Positions 14,556-28,460 of a DNA stretch of 64,000 nucleotides are shown piece after piece. Position 1 is the first letter of the stretch. Each line of letters starts with the position of its first letter. Source of the DNA: Chrysomallon squamiferum. Its lineage: Eukaryota > Animalia > Mollusca. Location of the stretch: NCBI GenBank assembly GCA_012295275.1, contig CM022677.1, forward strand, positions 8,494,001-8,558,000. Direction: 5' to 3'. A program made the position numbers and the translations under genes. The notes below the pieces were generated by a model. The model did no database searches and was not told where the DNA came from. It saw nothing but the letters and a program-made list of their open reading frames with translations.

Positions 14556-16649
14556 GTATATAAATGATATATTAATACTAAATTAGTAAATAAATGAATA
14601 TTATATAGTGGCTCTCTGAAAATGAGCCTTTGAATAATCTGGATTTCTACTGTTACTCAATTCTGAACAAAAGCGTCTAATCAGGATTTACATTTTAATT
14701 TTGTAATTCATCTTCTCTGTACTGTAAAACTACAGATTATAATAATAATAAAGTCATTGTTATTGTCTACTTTGGGTGTAAATTACAGAAAAAAAACACC
14801 CAAAAAGCAACATGTTGTATAGTAATTAGTTTTATCACCACTAGCATGCAGCTTTTCAAGTCTGATCACTTCTTAAACAATAGCAGCAATTTCCATATAA
14901 TTAGGTTACAAGTGAGATGAAATGCTATTGCTTCTTTAAAGGCTTAATAATGATGCCATGTTCTTGTAATTATTACATGCCACTAAATGAACAAGATAAT
15001 TACTAGTGGACTGATTGATACCTAAGTGATTTCATTTAGATTTAGTGACAAAAGCAGAAATAGGCACATTTTCCATTGTTTTATTATATTAGTCGTAACG
15101 GCAGAGCAACCTAAAAAATTAGGAATTTAATTTTCTAAAGCAAAATTAACATATACAAATTTAAAAGAAATGTGTTTATTGTCAACCTCTAATCACAACA
15201 TATTTGCAGCTATTCATACAGTTAATAATTTCATGGAAAAATGTTGACATTTTACAAAATTTGTTCATCATAACTGGACAAAATGGAGGCAGACTATATC
15301 AGTATCTTCAACTTTCAAAAATAATAAATTAACTAAATAAATAAATAAAATTAAAAAAGAAGGTGTGGCTTAAAAGTAAGGCAGGTATTTTACGTGCATC
15401 TCCCCTCGGCCCATGAATTAGCTATGCAGTTTAAAATATCTAAAATTTTAATTTCGTTTCATTTCAATTTTTATAAACTGGCACTCTGTCTAAAAAAGCT
15501 CATCTCATTGTTCCCAAATGAATGTAGTTTTGACAGATTCCACTGTATATATATATATATTTCTATTAGCAAGCTAACTATAGGTAACTATTAAAAAACA
15601 AGTTTTAATTGCATTACTGATTCCAAAATATTTATTTTTACAAAACTGGTAACTGCTTTTCTGTTAAAAATTAGGTACTATTAACTAAAAAAAAAAAAAA
15701 TGAGAGTGAGATAATATGATATAATATACATATTTATTCAAATGTTAGTTTTTTCTTTAGTTTTATTTCTTTAATACAAATTAGTATATCTCTTTAAAAT
15801 TAAGTACTTTATATCTAAAAGAATAAAAAATAAAGAAAGGTAATAACGAGAATGGAATAATTTACATACTTATTAAACATTTTGGTAAACAGAAGGTTAT
15901 AACTACAACATTGTTCTGTTGTTGGTTTTTTTTAATTAATTTCCATTAACTACACCTGTAATTCTAATTATTCATTCAGTTATAAAATGCTTATCATCAA
16001 GACTGAGAGAAAAAAAAAATAATCTTCATTTACTAATGTTTACAGAAAGATTGTTACTATCAATTTTCATGTCCATTTTTTTAAATCAAATAATTATATA
16101 AAGAACTGAATGTATCAATTATGTAAAATAAAACAACTATTGCTGAAACTATCAGGGTAAACAATAAAAACGTGGAATAACTATTTCAGTTACCTTCTAC
16201 TGCAGTGAAGTGATCCTTTCATTACATCAGCTGGAAGATATTTTGTTTTAGAAGAGATATTATTGTTATTAATCACCTGCGCTGCTATGAGACACACACA
16301 GTGCTAATACGTATACTCATAAATCTTGGAATACTTCAAGTACTAACTAAACAAACTTTTATAAAACACTGTCAAAGCTTGAACTGAATTTATACAGTGA
16401 CAGTCAGTTAAATAAAGACAATTAAAAGTGTATGAACAAAGGTGAGATGTAAGGGTTAAACAAGGCTTTTGATTCATTTTTACTCTAAAGTTAGTTTTTG
16501 TGAAATAATGAGAAGAAACCCACACAATGAGCTATTAGTTAATTGTTCTATTACAGAGAGCAGCAAGATATTGTTTATACTCCATTTACTCACAGAGTAG
16601 AGTCTGGAATGGGTAATTTGTCTAGTGAAAAGAATTTAGCTTCAGTATC

Positions 16650-16930
16650 ATATTAACTCTAGTAATGCACTACATCTATTGATTGTAATAAGACATTAAC
16701 TCCAGTAACATTTTATGTCTAGAAAAATATTAAGTATATTAATGCATTAAGCTTAGTAACACATTAAGTCTAGTAATACATTAACTCTAGTAAATATTAA
16801 TTCTATAACACATTAAGTCTAGTAAAACACAAAGTCTAGTAATGCATGAAGTCTAGTAAAGCATTATTCTAGCAATACATTTACTGAATAACACATTAAG
16901 TCTAGTGATGCATTAACTCTAGTAACATCT
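16650..16930. repeat. Degenerate minisatellite of about 19 bp (CATTAAGTCTAGTAATGCA-like)
   Basis: TCTAGTAA core recurring about every 18-20 bp. Confidence 0.8.
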
Positions 16931-17045
16931 ACTACTCTGTCACTGGTATCATTTTTAAAACTGAGTATTACTTACTAAAAATTTATTTCATGGAATGAAG
17001 ACCTTTTTCATTAACTTTCCACCTCCTTCTCTTCACACACACACA

Positions 17046-17081
<36 letters not shown>

Positions 17082-18289
17082 TTCTTTTTTCATTTCACAT
17101 ACAAATACACACACACACACATCTAAATATTATCTCAGAATAACATTTCACTCTTTCTCCATACGCATATATAAAGCTATTACGATGTTTTTTGTTTGTG
17201 TTTTTACATCTGCTTCATGTCTCATGCTAAACTTTTTAACAAGCTTCTTTCCTCTATTTTTTTTTAAAAAACACACCCTGTTAAATGTGTTCCATTTTGA
17301 CAGATGTTCCTGGTTTTCAACAAAGATCTTTTTCCCCTACATCATCTGCATGAAGTGATCACAGCTGGCAAACTCTGCCAGGAATCTCGCAAGAGAACAG
17401 GATCAACTGGCAGAACATGGTTCTTATATAACTATTTTATGTCTCCATAGCTCCCTGGGACTTTAACACTTTCCTTATATAATAAGTAGTTTTTTTATCT
17501 CCTTCAGTTTTAAGAGGTTTCTGAGAGGGTATTTTTAACACAAGTTAAAACATATTTTCATACATTATATTCTGAGGTGAAAATGAGCTACATCAGATTA
17601 TAACTTTATAATAAATATAATACCAATAATAATAAGAAGAACATGAAGAATATTTTTGTTGTTGTTGTGTTGTTATTAAATAACCTATATCAAATTATAA
17701 TTTTATAGTAAGTACAATAATAACAAGAAGAAGATGAAGTAGAATTATTATTTCTATTACAAATTAAATGATTATTAATTATTAGAAAATATTTGAAAAT
17801 CAAAAATGTTAATATATAAAGTGAAATATAAAATTCCTTCTTCTTTTGTTAATTTTTCTTTTGCCCTATTAACACACACACACCACACACACATACACAC
17901 ACATAAACAAAATAATCTCTAAAAATTTCATACATGGTTAAATGGATATAAATTTCAGTTGCTTTAAAGTTGATTGAAAAGAAATAATAATAATAATAAT
18001 AATCATAATAATAATAATAATAATTGCTATATTTATGTTATGTTATGACTGAAAATTGTTACACACACACACACACACACATGCACACATACATACACAC
18101 ACTTTGTTAGCAGTCTATTAAATTGTCCAGTAAATATAGTTCCTATCTAGTTGTCTTCTTGTATGATTATCATTTAATTTGCCTTTTGTGTTTAAAGCAC
18201 AGGAAGGTAGTTGTAATTTTAAAGAGATAACAACTCCTGATTACCTCGTTACCAAAAACAAATTGTTTACATCCTTCCTGTGGTTACTG

Positions 18290-18322
18290 TGTGTCAGAGA
18301 GAGAGAGAGAGAGAGAGACTGA

Positions 18323-18373
<51 letters not shown>

Positions 18374-18935
18374 TGAAATGTGTGTGTGTGAGCATGAGAC
18401 TGAATGTGTGTGTGTGAGCGTGAGAGTGAACGTGTGTGTGTGTGTGAGCGTGAGAGTGAATGTGTATGTGAGTGAATGTGTCTGAGAGTGAATGTGTGTG
18501 TGAGCATGAGAGTAAATGTGGTCTGTGTGTGTGTGTGAGAGACAGACTGAATGTGTGTGTGTGTGTGAGCGTGAGAGTGAATGTGTGTGTGTGTGTGAGA
18601 GTGAATGTGTGTGAGCATGAGAGTAAATGTGTGTGTGTGTGTGTGAGAGTGAATGTGTGTGTGTGTGTGTGAGAGTGAGAGTGAATGTGTGTGAGCGTGA
18701 GAGTGAATGTCTGTGTGTGTGAGAGTGAATGTGTGTGAGCATGAGAGTAAATGTGTGTGTGTGTGAGAGTGAATGTGTGTGTGTGTGTGTGAGAGACAGA
18801 CTGAATGTGTGTGTGAATGTGCATGAGAGTGAATGTGTGTGTGTGAGAGTGAGAGTGAATGTGTGTGTTGTCGTGTGTGAGTGAGAGTGAATATGTGAGT
18901 GTGTGTGAGTGTGTGTGTGTGTGTGAGAGAGACAG
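18290..18935. repeat. Compound microsatellite (GT)n punctuated by GAGAGTGAAT / GAGCATGAGAGT
   Basis: Directly visible. Confidence 0.95.
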
Positions 18936-19230
18936 ATAAGTGTGTATTTTTTGAGGGAGGCGGTGCATGTGTGTGATGGTATTTATTATCTTTTTAATAT
19001 AATTTTTATATTAATGGGGTTTTTTATAAGCATTATGCTTATATCATAAAAAGTAGTTAGCTTAATTTGAATGTGTTAGACTGTAATATTAGGCACAAAT
19101 TATCTATTTCCTGCATGTACCTAAATCAACGATATTCTGATTATTCATAAATTACCCATTTCTCTCTCTATAATCTATCTGTTTCTATATATATATACAT
19201 ACACACACACACACACACAAAATGTGTGAA

Positions 19231-19273
<43 letters not shown>

Positions 19274-19766
19274 CAGAGAGAGACACACACACACACAAAC
19301 CATATATAGATATATATATATACACACACTAAAACAGTGGACTTGTATTAATATTATTATTATTATTTTACAAAACTAATAATTGTTAATAAATTCTTTA
19401 AAAAGTTTTTATACACAAAAGCAAAACATGGAATGTCACTGAAACCAGCGTTATGTGAAAAATGTACTGTGAAGTTATTTTAGAATCAGCAACAAGAAAA
19501 TATGTCAGTTTCTCAATAGCAGTCAACTGTATTGCCCCTGTGGTAGTTTAACTTATTGTTTTTTATTTGTTTAGGTTTATTACCAACTATGCCTGACATT
19601 GTTTTGAAATAAAATTCAATCACTGAAGTGTAGCTATCTCAGTTAAACTGATACGTGTCTCTGTGTGATTGATTACTGAAGTTATATTATATTGATCTGA
19701 ACTGTCATAACATGAATAACATATAATCAGATATATGTGTAGGTATATGTGTTGTATGTGTGAGTA

Positions 19767-19803
<37 letters not shown>

Positions 19804-19869
19804 CGTGTTTATCTGTGTATCAATGTATTTCTCTCTCAATGTATGAGTATTGGTGTGTTGTGTGTATTT

Positions 19870-19911
<42 letters not shown>

Positions 19912-20819
19912 CTCTCTCTCAGTGAGTGTACATAAAAAAAATTAATGAATTTATTAAAAATTAATAGTTTTGTAATCTAATAATAATATCTGTATTTTTT
20001 CTCTATCTCTCTCTGAATATATGAACTACTGTAGTATATACTGTTGTTGTTTTGTTTTTGTTTTTTTAATATATTTGTTAATTATATATATTAATTTAAA
20101 TAACAGGACATTAATAATTATTTTGAAATCAAATATGTCAGTTATATATTTCTAGATTTATTAACTTTTCTAAAAAAAGTTATGAAGACCATAACACTTC
20201 ACAATGTAATAAGAATAGTCGTAGATCTTATTTGTAACTAGCTGCCCCAAACAACTTTAAGATTATAAATTATAATAAACATAAACATTAACACATAAAG
20301 ATATAATACATTAAAAAGTATTGTGAAATTAATTTTTTAAAGATATCAATTTAATTTATAAGCTATTGCAGAATAATAAAGTAATGAAAACTGACAATAA
20401 AATACATCTATATAAAATAAGTTAAGATATAAACAAACCCAAAGAGGGCCTCACCATTGTTTGATCACCAAAGCAAACGATAATGATTTTTATGGATTAT
20501 AACACATTACTCAGCAAACCTGTTTCACCAGTAAAATCCTTATATCCATTACAGTGACAAATGTTGCTTAAGTCATCAGTAGATCCGCTGTACTTAAATG
20601 AAACACATTTATTCTACACTCGTCTATATATCAAACAGAACCAGAATTATAACATCAAAGAAAACCGCCTGGCACCGAAATTGTACGGTACCACTAGATA
20701 GGTCTAAATAATTATTATAACAAAACATTTATATTTAAAACCAATAAATTATATGAAAATTAATTTAAAAAATTAAATGTTGTAGGTAATTATTATATTT
20801 ACCATGGCTGATCATAACA

Positions 20820-20975
20820 AATCATCGCAAATGTTAATATATCCCTATCCATTTGATACGAGCGAAACACACTCAGCCGCTTACTCAAATTTGCATACAG
20901 TATATTCTTTAAGCTAAGCCCAATGACGGCCATTATTGTCGGATTCTAGCGCACCGGGATATAGCGCTTACAGAA
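20820..20975 (-). promoter_or_regulatory. Putative promoter of a leftward transcript, divergent from HMG20A
   Basis: CpG-enriched patch with octamer ATTTGCAT (20889-20896), CCAAT and TGACG, followed on the minus strand by a donor ATG|GTAAAT at 20803/20802. Confidence 0.45.
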
Positions 20976-21135
20976 AATGAAGATTAAAAATGATACCGTT
21001 TATTCAGTAAGTCATAATTTTTAACAAACATCTTCTAAAATACATAAATTTAAAAATTAATTATATCTATCCTCAATTATCTCGTTTGATGTGTGTGTGT
21101 TTCTATGTGCGTGTGCATGAATGTATATGAGAGAG

Positions 21136-21183
<48 letters not shown>

Positions 21184-21776
21184 TGTATATGAGAGAGCTT
21201 ATATATATATATATATAGTATTATTTTATTCTGCCTAAGTGTAAAATTAGCACTGTTACTAATGCAGTTTGTTTGTTTCCCATTTATTTACTCATTATAT
21301 GCACATTATAAATTTTAATATCTTCAGACATATTCAAAATCAGATTTTCTAATCTAAAAATTATTTCAAAACAGATTATAATAAAAAAAAAAAATCTTAT
21401 AAATATATTTAAAGTTAATCAATGAAAAAAATAATGTAATTGCAGAAGAAACAATGTCGATGACGACGACGATGATAATTTGTAACAAAAATTTAATTTT
21501 AATAAATAAATAAATAACTATGATGACGACAAAACAACTAAGCTGGTAGCTTTGGTTCACTTTGTTTTGAAAAGCTCGTTCTATAGTTTTGCTTATAATC
21601 CCTTATCAGGAAACAAATTTTAATATATTGTAGATCATGGGAAACTCAGTCATAACAAAAAAGAACAGAAAAGAAATAATAATTAATAAATACTGGAGAA
21701 AAAGAAAAAGAATGTATTTATAATACAAAATTAAAAAAACGAAATCATAGGCCTACATACTGTAATTTGAGACAAA

Positions 21777-21822
<46 letters not shown>

Positions 21823-21964
21823 GTTTCTAATATATTAAAACACTAAGAATAATTTTAATTAATATCCTAAATGAAATATGTACTAATTATTTTCTTATAT
21901 AGACCGATGTTTTGGGGGGGTTACATTTTAATTTCCTAATTTGCTTTATTATTTTTTTATTGTC

Positions 21965-22009
<45 letters not shown>

Positions 22010-22124
22010 TAATATGTTAAAATGTTTAATTAACTTGGCAGTATTTTATTAATACACCAATGGTATTTGCTTTCTAATTATATTCCATATTCATGAATGG
22101 TCATTTGACCTATGTATTCATCCG

Positions 22125-22216
22125 CAGCTTAAAGGTGCCGCCATTTTGCAGAAATTTTGCTACCCCCCTCTACTGCATATTGCAATGAAAACAAACGCAC
22201 ATGTCAGAACTAGCCG
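22125..22216 (+). promoter_or_regulatory. Promoter and non-coding first exon of HMG20A-like gene
   Basis: Local CpG/GC enrichment in an AT-rich background, YY1-type motif GCCGCCATTTT at 22137-22147, strong donor CCG|GTAAG at 22216/22217; splices to acceptor (T)nCAG at 23828. TSS position is approximate. Confidence 0.65.
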
Positions 22217-22724
22217 GTAAGCAATCAAGCAGTTAGCGATATCGCGAATGAATGTTAGTGGTTCGAACGGTTCTGTTGTATAGTCGATCTCTGTTGTTTA
22301 AATTATTTGTATGATAACTACAGTTTCCTCGTGTTTTGTTGTATCTTTCTCCATAGTCTCGTTTTATGTTCGTTATGAGAATTGGAAGTTACTATAACTT
22401 AAAATTAAACACGATTGATTAATATAAATAAAAAGTATAAGAATTATCGTGTTGTAAACAAAAGTTATATTTTTAACGTTAACATTGCAGTTATCTTTCT
22501 TATTCATCGTTCTTGAAATATTTTGTGAATAAACAACTATTAATGGATAAATTAGCAGTTTCAACAAAAGCGCTACCATAAATGTAACATTTTGGGTAAC
22601 CTCCCTTTAAACGTAATTTTAAATGTAAAAAAAAAAAGAAACAAAATAAATACTACTACTAATAATAAAAACCAAAAACACCCGATAAAACAACAAACAA
22701 GGTCCACAAAACGAAATAAATTTC

Positions 22725-22755
<31 letters not shown>

Positions 22756-23856
22756 AATAAATGAAAAAAATGTAAATGTAATGTTTCAAAAAAAAATAGT
22801 GAAGATATTTTACCTATAAAATATAACAGAATAATGTAAATAAAATTTAATAAATTACTGAAATGTATACTTGTACATACTAACCAAACGGCTAAAAACA
22901 ACTTGTTCAGTTCACAATAGAAGAGACAAGTTCTGAAAATTTAATATCATATTTATACATAATAAAATTTCCATAATTAACAAATCAGTACAAGTTGATA
23001 GAAATTAAATATTTTATCAACGTTCAAATTAGTATGCTTGTGTAATAGACATAAAGTGATGTATGATACTGAGAGAGTGTTACTGTCCCGACAGTCTGCA
23101 AAGGAAGTTTGTAAATGTATTGTGATTCTGATATTTTGAGAATTTTAATGATTTTGTATATGTTGTATTAGAAATAAAATTTGAATAAACAAATGCATAG
23201 ATATATAAATATATAAATAAATAAATATATAAATAAATTATTAAAAATAAATATGTGGGCACTGTATACTGTACCATATTCAGACAAAACAAGCTGGTAG
23301 CATTGGTTCATCTTACTGAATAAGCTAGTTTTATAGCTTTGCTAGTAACCCCTTATTAGCAACCTCTGCAGTATGTTAGTATTACAGTCTTGAAGTTTTA
23401 TAAAATAAAAGAGTATGTTTTATTAAGCTTATGTAATTGAAATAGCAAAACTGATTTATTACAGTTTCTTTTATTATGTAATAATATCACTTAATAAATG
23501 TTTGGAAATATATTTTTCTCTCACTTTATCCTTTTTTCTGTCTTTCTATCTAGCTATCTCAGTATCTGACACTTTCTTTATTGCTGTCCCTTTTGTCTCT
23601 CTTTCTGTCTCTCTCTCTTACATTTTGCCATTCTGTAACACTGTCTCCCTCATTCTTTCTACTCGATAATCTGTTTCTCTCCAAATGAATCAGTGTCTAT
23701 GTTCTGAAATGTATTCATTTTCTATAAAAGTATCCAGTAACTCAGTCTTTATATGTAATGTGTTCAGCCAGAACATACTTTTTATATTTGTTTTATCACA
23801 TGCATTTTTTTTTTTTTTTTTTTTTCAGTGGCTGTTGACAATTTTTTGTGTAGTGT

Positions 23857-24915
23857 ATGATGGATCTGGGTCCAAACGCCAGTATTAACATGTTATCCAA
23901 TATGTCGGGACTGAAAGTGAATTTTGAGAGCTACGATGATGATGTCTCTAAGGAAAGCAATGACCTTACCGTTGATGCAGGGTAATAAAGCATTATGGTC
24001 AAAAAAAAAACAAAAAAAACTTACTGAAATAATGGTTAACAAATGACAGGCCTAAAGATAATGTAATTTAAGAAAATAAAAAACTGAATAGAAATAAAAT
24101 TTCAAAATCATTAAAGCTTATAAGGACATGCGATGCAAATAACATCTGTAATAATTTGTTTGCATGATTATAACACCTGTAAATATAATTGTATTGCAAT
24201 GCAGAAAGTAAAGAAATTATTTGTTGTTTTTTTCTTTCTAGTTTTGCAGGTGGTGATGGTAATTTTATCTCAGGAGGACAGAAAGATATGACAAGCTGTT
24301 TGACAGAGATTAATCCAGGTGTGTGTGTGTGTGTGAGGTTTTAGTAAATAAAAGAGCAGATGTTGAAAGTTATTACAGGTTTACACATACAAGATCAAAT
24401 CCTAGCTGAGGATTTGCTTTTCATCAACTGATTATTTAATTGAAATGATGTTTTTTTTCTTTAGTGATTTGAAATCTGGATGTGTTGGTGTGTGTCTGTG
24501 TGTGTGTCTATGTAACTATTATCTATTTCAGTTCATTTTTTTCTTAGTTTATATACTTTATTTAACAACAGTTTTATGAATTACATAAGCACTAGTTATT
24601 TTTAAACTAATTACAGAATGTTTGCATCTTATTGTCTCCAAAGTAAATATGTAAATAAGTAAATGTTTTGTGTTAAGACTAGCTTTTATTATCTTTGTAT
24701 GTAAAGACACGCACACACACACAAACACATTCATATACAACATTCATATACATATTTATACCATATAAAACATGACAATAATATTCTGTCATTTCAGTTT
24801 CACTCCAAGGAAATTCTGGAGATATGCAAGATTCTGCAGAGGCAAGTTCTTAATGTTTTAATGATGTATATTTGATTGATGTTTGTGTGTGTGTGTATGC
24901 ACGTCTCCATATTTT

Positions 24916-24956
<41 letters not shown>

Positions 24957-27900
24957 TGTGCTTTTTCTCTTTGAAAGCTTAAAAGGCTTAAACAGCTTAA
25001 AAATTATTTTTAAAATTATTTTGAAAGTCTTTTTAATCTGAAAACAATTATGTAGTTGTGAAGCAAGTTTTGTGGCTTACAAAGGGTAAAATTGTTTTTA
25101 TTTTAAAATCTTTTTAAACTGAAAGAAACTTTTACTTTTAATTATTTAATTTTTTTTGTGGTTTCTTTATCAGACAAAGAGAAAAGGTGGCTGGCCAAAG
25201 GGTAAGAAGAGAAAAAAGAGCATGAAGGACGTGAACGCCCCGAAACAGCCACTGACAGGCTACGTCCGCTTTGTCAATGAGCGAAGACAGGCTCTGAGAC
25301 AGGAAAATCCAAATCTCATCTTCTCTGAGATTACAAAGATGCTGGGAGCTGAGTGGTCAAAACTACCCCCACAGGAAAAACAGGTTCAGTATTGCTTTAT
25401 TATTATTAATGTTTACTATTTATTATTTTTGATTTATTTTAAAAAATGTATTGATTTATTGTTATGTATTATTATTTTTTATTTATTATTGATTTCTTGT
25501 TATTTATTCTTTATTACTTTTTAATTTGCTATACATATTTAAAATTTTATGCTGTTATTTTTGAACTTATTTAATCATTTAAATAAGATACGATTTTGTA
25601 TTTTTTAACTTACTATAGTAATTTCAAAGGTTTTTCTTGTTTTAGTTTTATTATTATAATTTCTTTTTACTTATGGTCAGTGTTAGTATATTTTTTATTT
25701 TTACCATACTTGTTTGCAATTTTTATTTTATTTATTATTATTACTTTTCTCCTTTTTTTAGCTTTCTGTAGTTATTTCAATAAATACATGATTTTTATTT
25801 TATTATTAATTTTAATTTTTTATTGTATTTCATTAAATATATGATTTTTAGTTGCTTATTATTATTATTGTTTTAATTTACTGTAGTATAGATTTTTTCA
25901 ATTTAATAATGTGATTTCATAACACATTTAATGATTTTACACAAATTTTATTCTGTTTTAACAAAGATTTCTGAATTGACCTGACAAAGATATTAATCTC
26001 TTTCTTAAACACTAATTAAAAAAAAAAAATGTACACCTACTGGATCACATATTTGTGAAATAATTATTATAATTATTATAATTGTCACAGAGGTTTCCTA
26101 AAAACAATCAAATACTAATCTTTTTATTTTTTTATTTTTTGTAATTTATTTTCTCTTCTTTTTTTACACACACATACACACACCATATCATATCCTTACT
26201 GACATAGCTATAGTAGTACATTTTGTACTTTATTTTAATAAACATTCTGTTTGTTTTTATTTTCTCTGTTATTTTTTTTAACTCATACCAGATCAAAGAC
26301 AATGCTGGCAAAAATATATAGCATATTAAGCATTTTGTTTTTTACTTTTTCTAATTTATTTTTATAAACATTCTGGGCTTTTTTTTTTTTTTTTTTTTTT
26401 TTGTCTGTTTGTTTGTTTTGGGTTTTTTGTTGTTGTTGTTTTTTTAATATATATTTATTTAAATAACTAATAAATTATTATAATTGTTTAAACAGAGGTT
26501 CCTCGATGAGGCTGACAAAGATAAAGAACGGTACTTGAAGGAAATTGAGGCGTATCAGAAAACTGAGTCTTACAGAACTTTCAAACTGATGCAAGAGAAA
26601 AAGATGAAAGGTTTGTATAAATTCTTTACTGAAGACTATCAGCGTGATTGTGACATACTCCTCATATTAACTGTAGCTTAGTTGTCACAACAGCACAGTG
26701 GGTTCAACCTAGTTGTAAAAATAGAATGGCTGGTGAAATCATGGTCAAGCAGCTTTGTTATTACTGAAGGCTAATTATTCTCAACTGCTTGGCTATTTTT
26801 ATAAATTTAGAATCACATTTCCAACTTCTGTAATAAAGAGTTTAAAACCAACAATAAATGTTTTTAGACATACAATAAAGCAGATGACAATCAAAAAAAA
26901 AATGAAAAAAAAAATGAAGGCTTTACTTAAAGATATCAATAAGGAGGATAGCTGTGTGTGTGTGTGGTTGTGGTTGTGTAAGATCACAAGGTGCACATAT
27001 GGTTTCTGCCAGTGGAACATTATTGTGAGTTCACCACGAAACAAAAGTAAAGAAAATAGAATGAAAATCACCAACATCATGACTTTCGGTAGATTGAAAA
27101 TGAATTTTATGTTTATTAAAAGAAAAAAAAGGAAGAAAAAAAGAAGTCACCATAGAAATATAAAAAAAATCATGGTGTAATTTTGATTTTTCAAAGTAGT
27201 TTAGTTTTGTTACAGGAGATGTTGAGGATAATGAAACTGTGGGATTGAATGGCTCACCTTTAGACGTAAGTTTAATTCTTATGTAGACAGTTAAATAAAT
27301 ATTTTAGATGCATTTCATAAATACTTGGTAAGAAAAAACTAAAAACAAATACATAAAACCTTATTTTATCAGTCATACTACTGTTAACTTTAGAATTTAT
27401 TTAAAATAAATTCTACAGTTGTAATTCAATAGTGTTAACCTTAGGTTTTGATATGAATTTAAATTGTCTTCATCTTGAGCATAATTTATGTAGAAACATT
27501 CAGAAGACCATTTATTATATTTTCATTAGTTTTATTTCGTGTTGTTCTTTTTTAAGATAAATGCTGAAGAAGAAGAATCAGGAACATTTGATATTCCCAT
27601 CTTCACTGAAGACTTTCTCGATCACAATAAAGGTATTTTTATCTTCTTGCAACCACTGTTATTAGTGATTGGTTATCAGAATAACCCACTGAAAGTTGTA
27701 AGGCCCACCAAACCTGCCAGCATTCTATTAGCAGTCCTTACAAAGTCTTAGCACATACTCATAGCAGACAAAACTTTTGAGACACCATAATCGCTAACCT
27801 ACTCACAATGCATTTAGGCAAATCTTGCTGAATAACAATTCCATACTTAGACATCATATGTTTACAGCTTGTGTTTTGGTGTATTGAATCTTCTTAATGT

Positions 27901-28416
27901 GAATTTTTGAAGCTGGGACAGAATTTTAGGACAGGTGAAGAAAAATATTATCAATTTTGAGTGAACTTGTTACAGAGAGTGACAACAGTGCTGGGAAAGA
28001 TTTTCATGGATGAAGTGATGCAGGGTCTCGCAGTGTATATAGACTTCAGAATTATCTGTTGACTTATAGTCTTTTTAACTGTCTTTAAATGAACTTGTAA
28101 TTGTAGGTCCTATAAGCTAATCAGTGGTGCAGCATTATCAAATGTTTTCAGTCAGTAACAGCTTGTTCTAAAATCTGTTCAGTGCTTGCTTTTTTTTAAA
28201 TTTCATCTATGCATGATCAATCTTGGGGGATCCAGCATGTTAATATTTCGTCTCCAATTTTGTTTAAAGGGTATATATATATTTATTCGATTTGAGGATA
28301 TATCATATATATAAAGAATATGCTTATTTTAGCTTTGAGGGTATATTTAAAAGATGTATATATTTGATTTGAGTGTATATATATATATGAAGGACGTACA
28401 TATTTTTGATTTGAGG

Positions 28417-28460
<44 letters not shown>

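Larger units (their letters stand above)
7000..20900 (-). ncRNA. Putative spliced non-coding transcript or long 5'UTR running leftward
   Basis: Chain of exon-like islands with AG/GT borders on the minus strand: about 20900-20803, 20703-20455, 18287-18245, 16230-16194, 11159-11036, and an acceptor at 7450. No sustained ORF. Confidence 0.3.

Noticed and set aside
18241-18968. HT-rich ORFs
   Set aside because: (GT)n microsatellite artefacts.
26755-27180. 141-aa ORF within HMG20A intron
   Set aside because: Low-complexity Lys-rich, no recognisable domain, not needed for the splice model.
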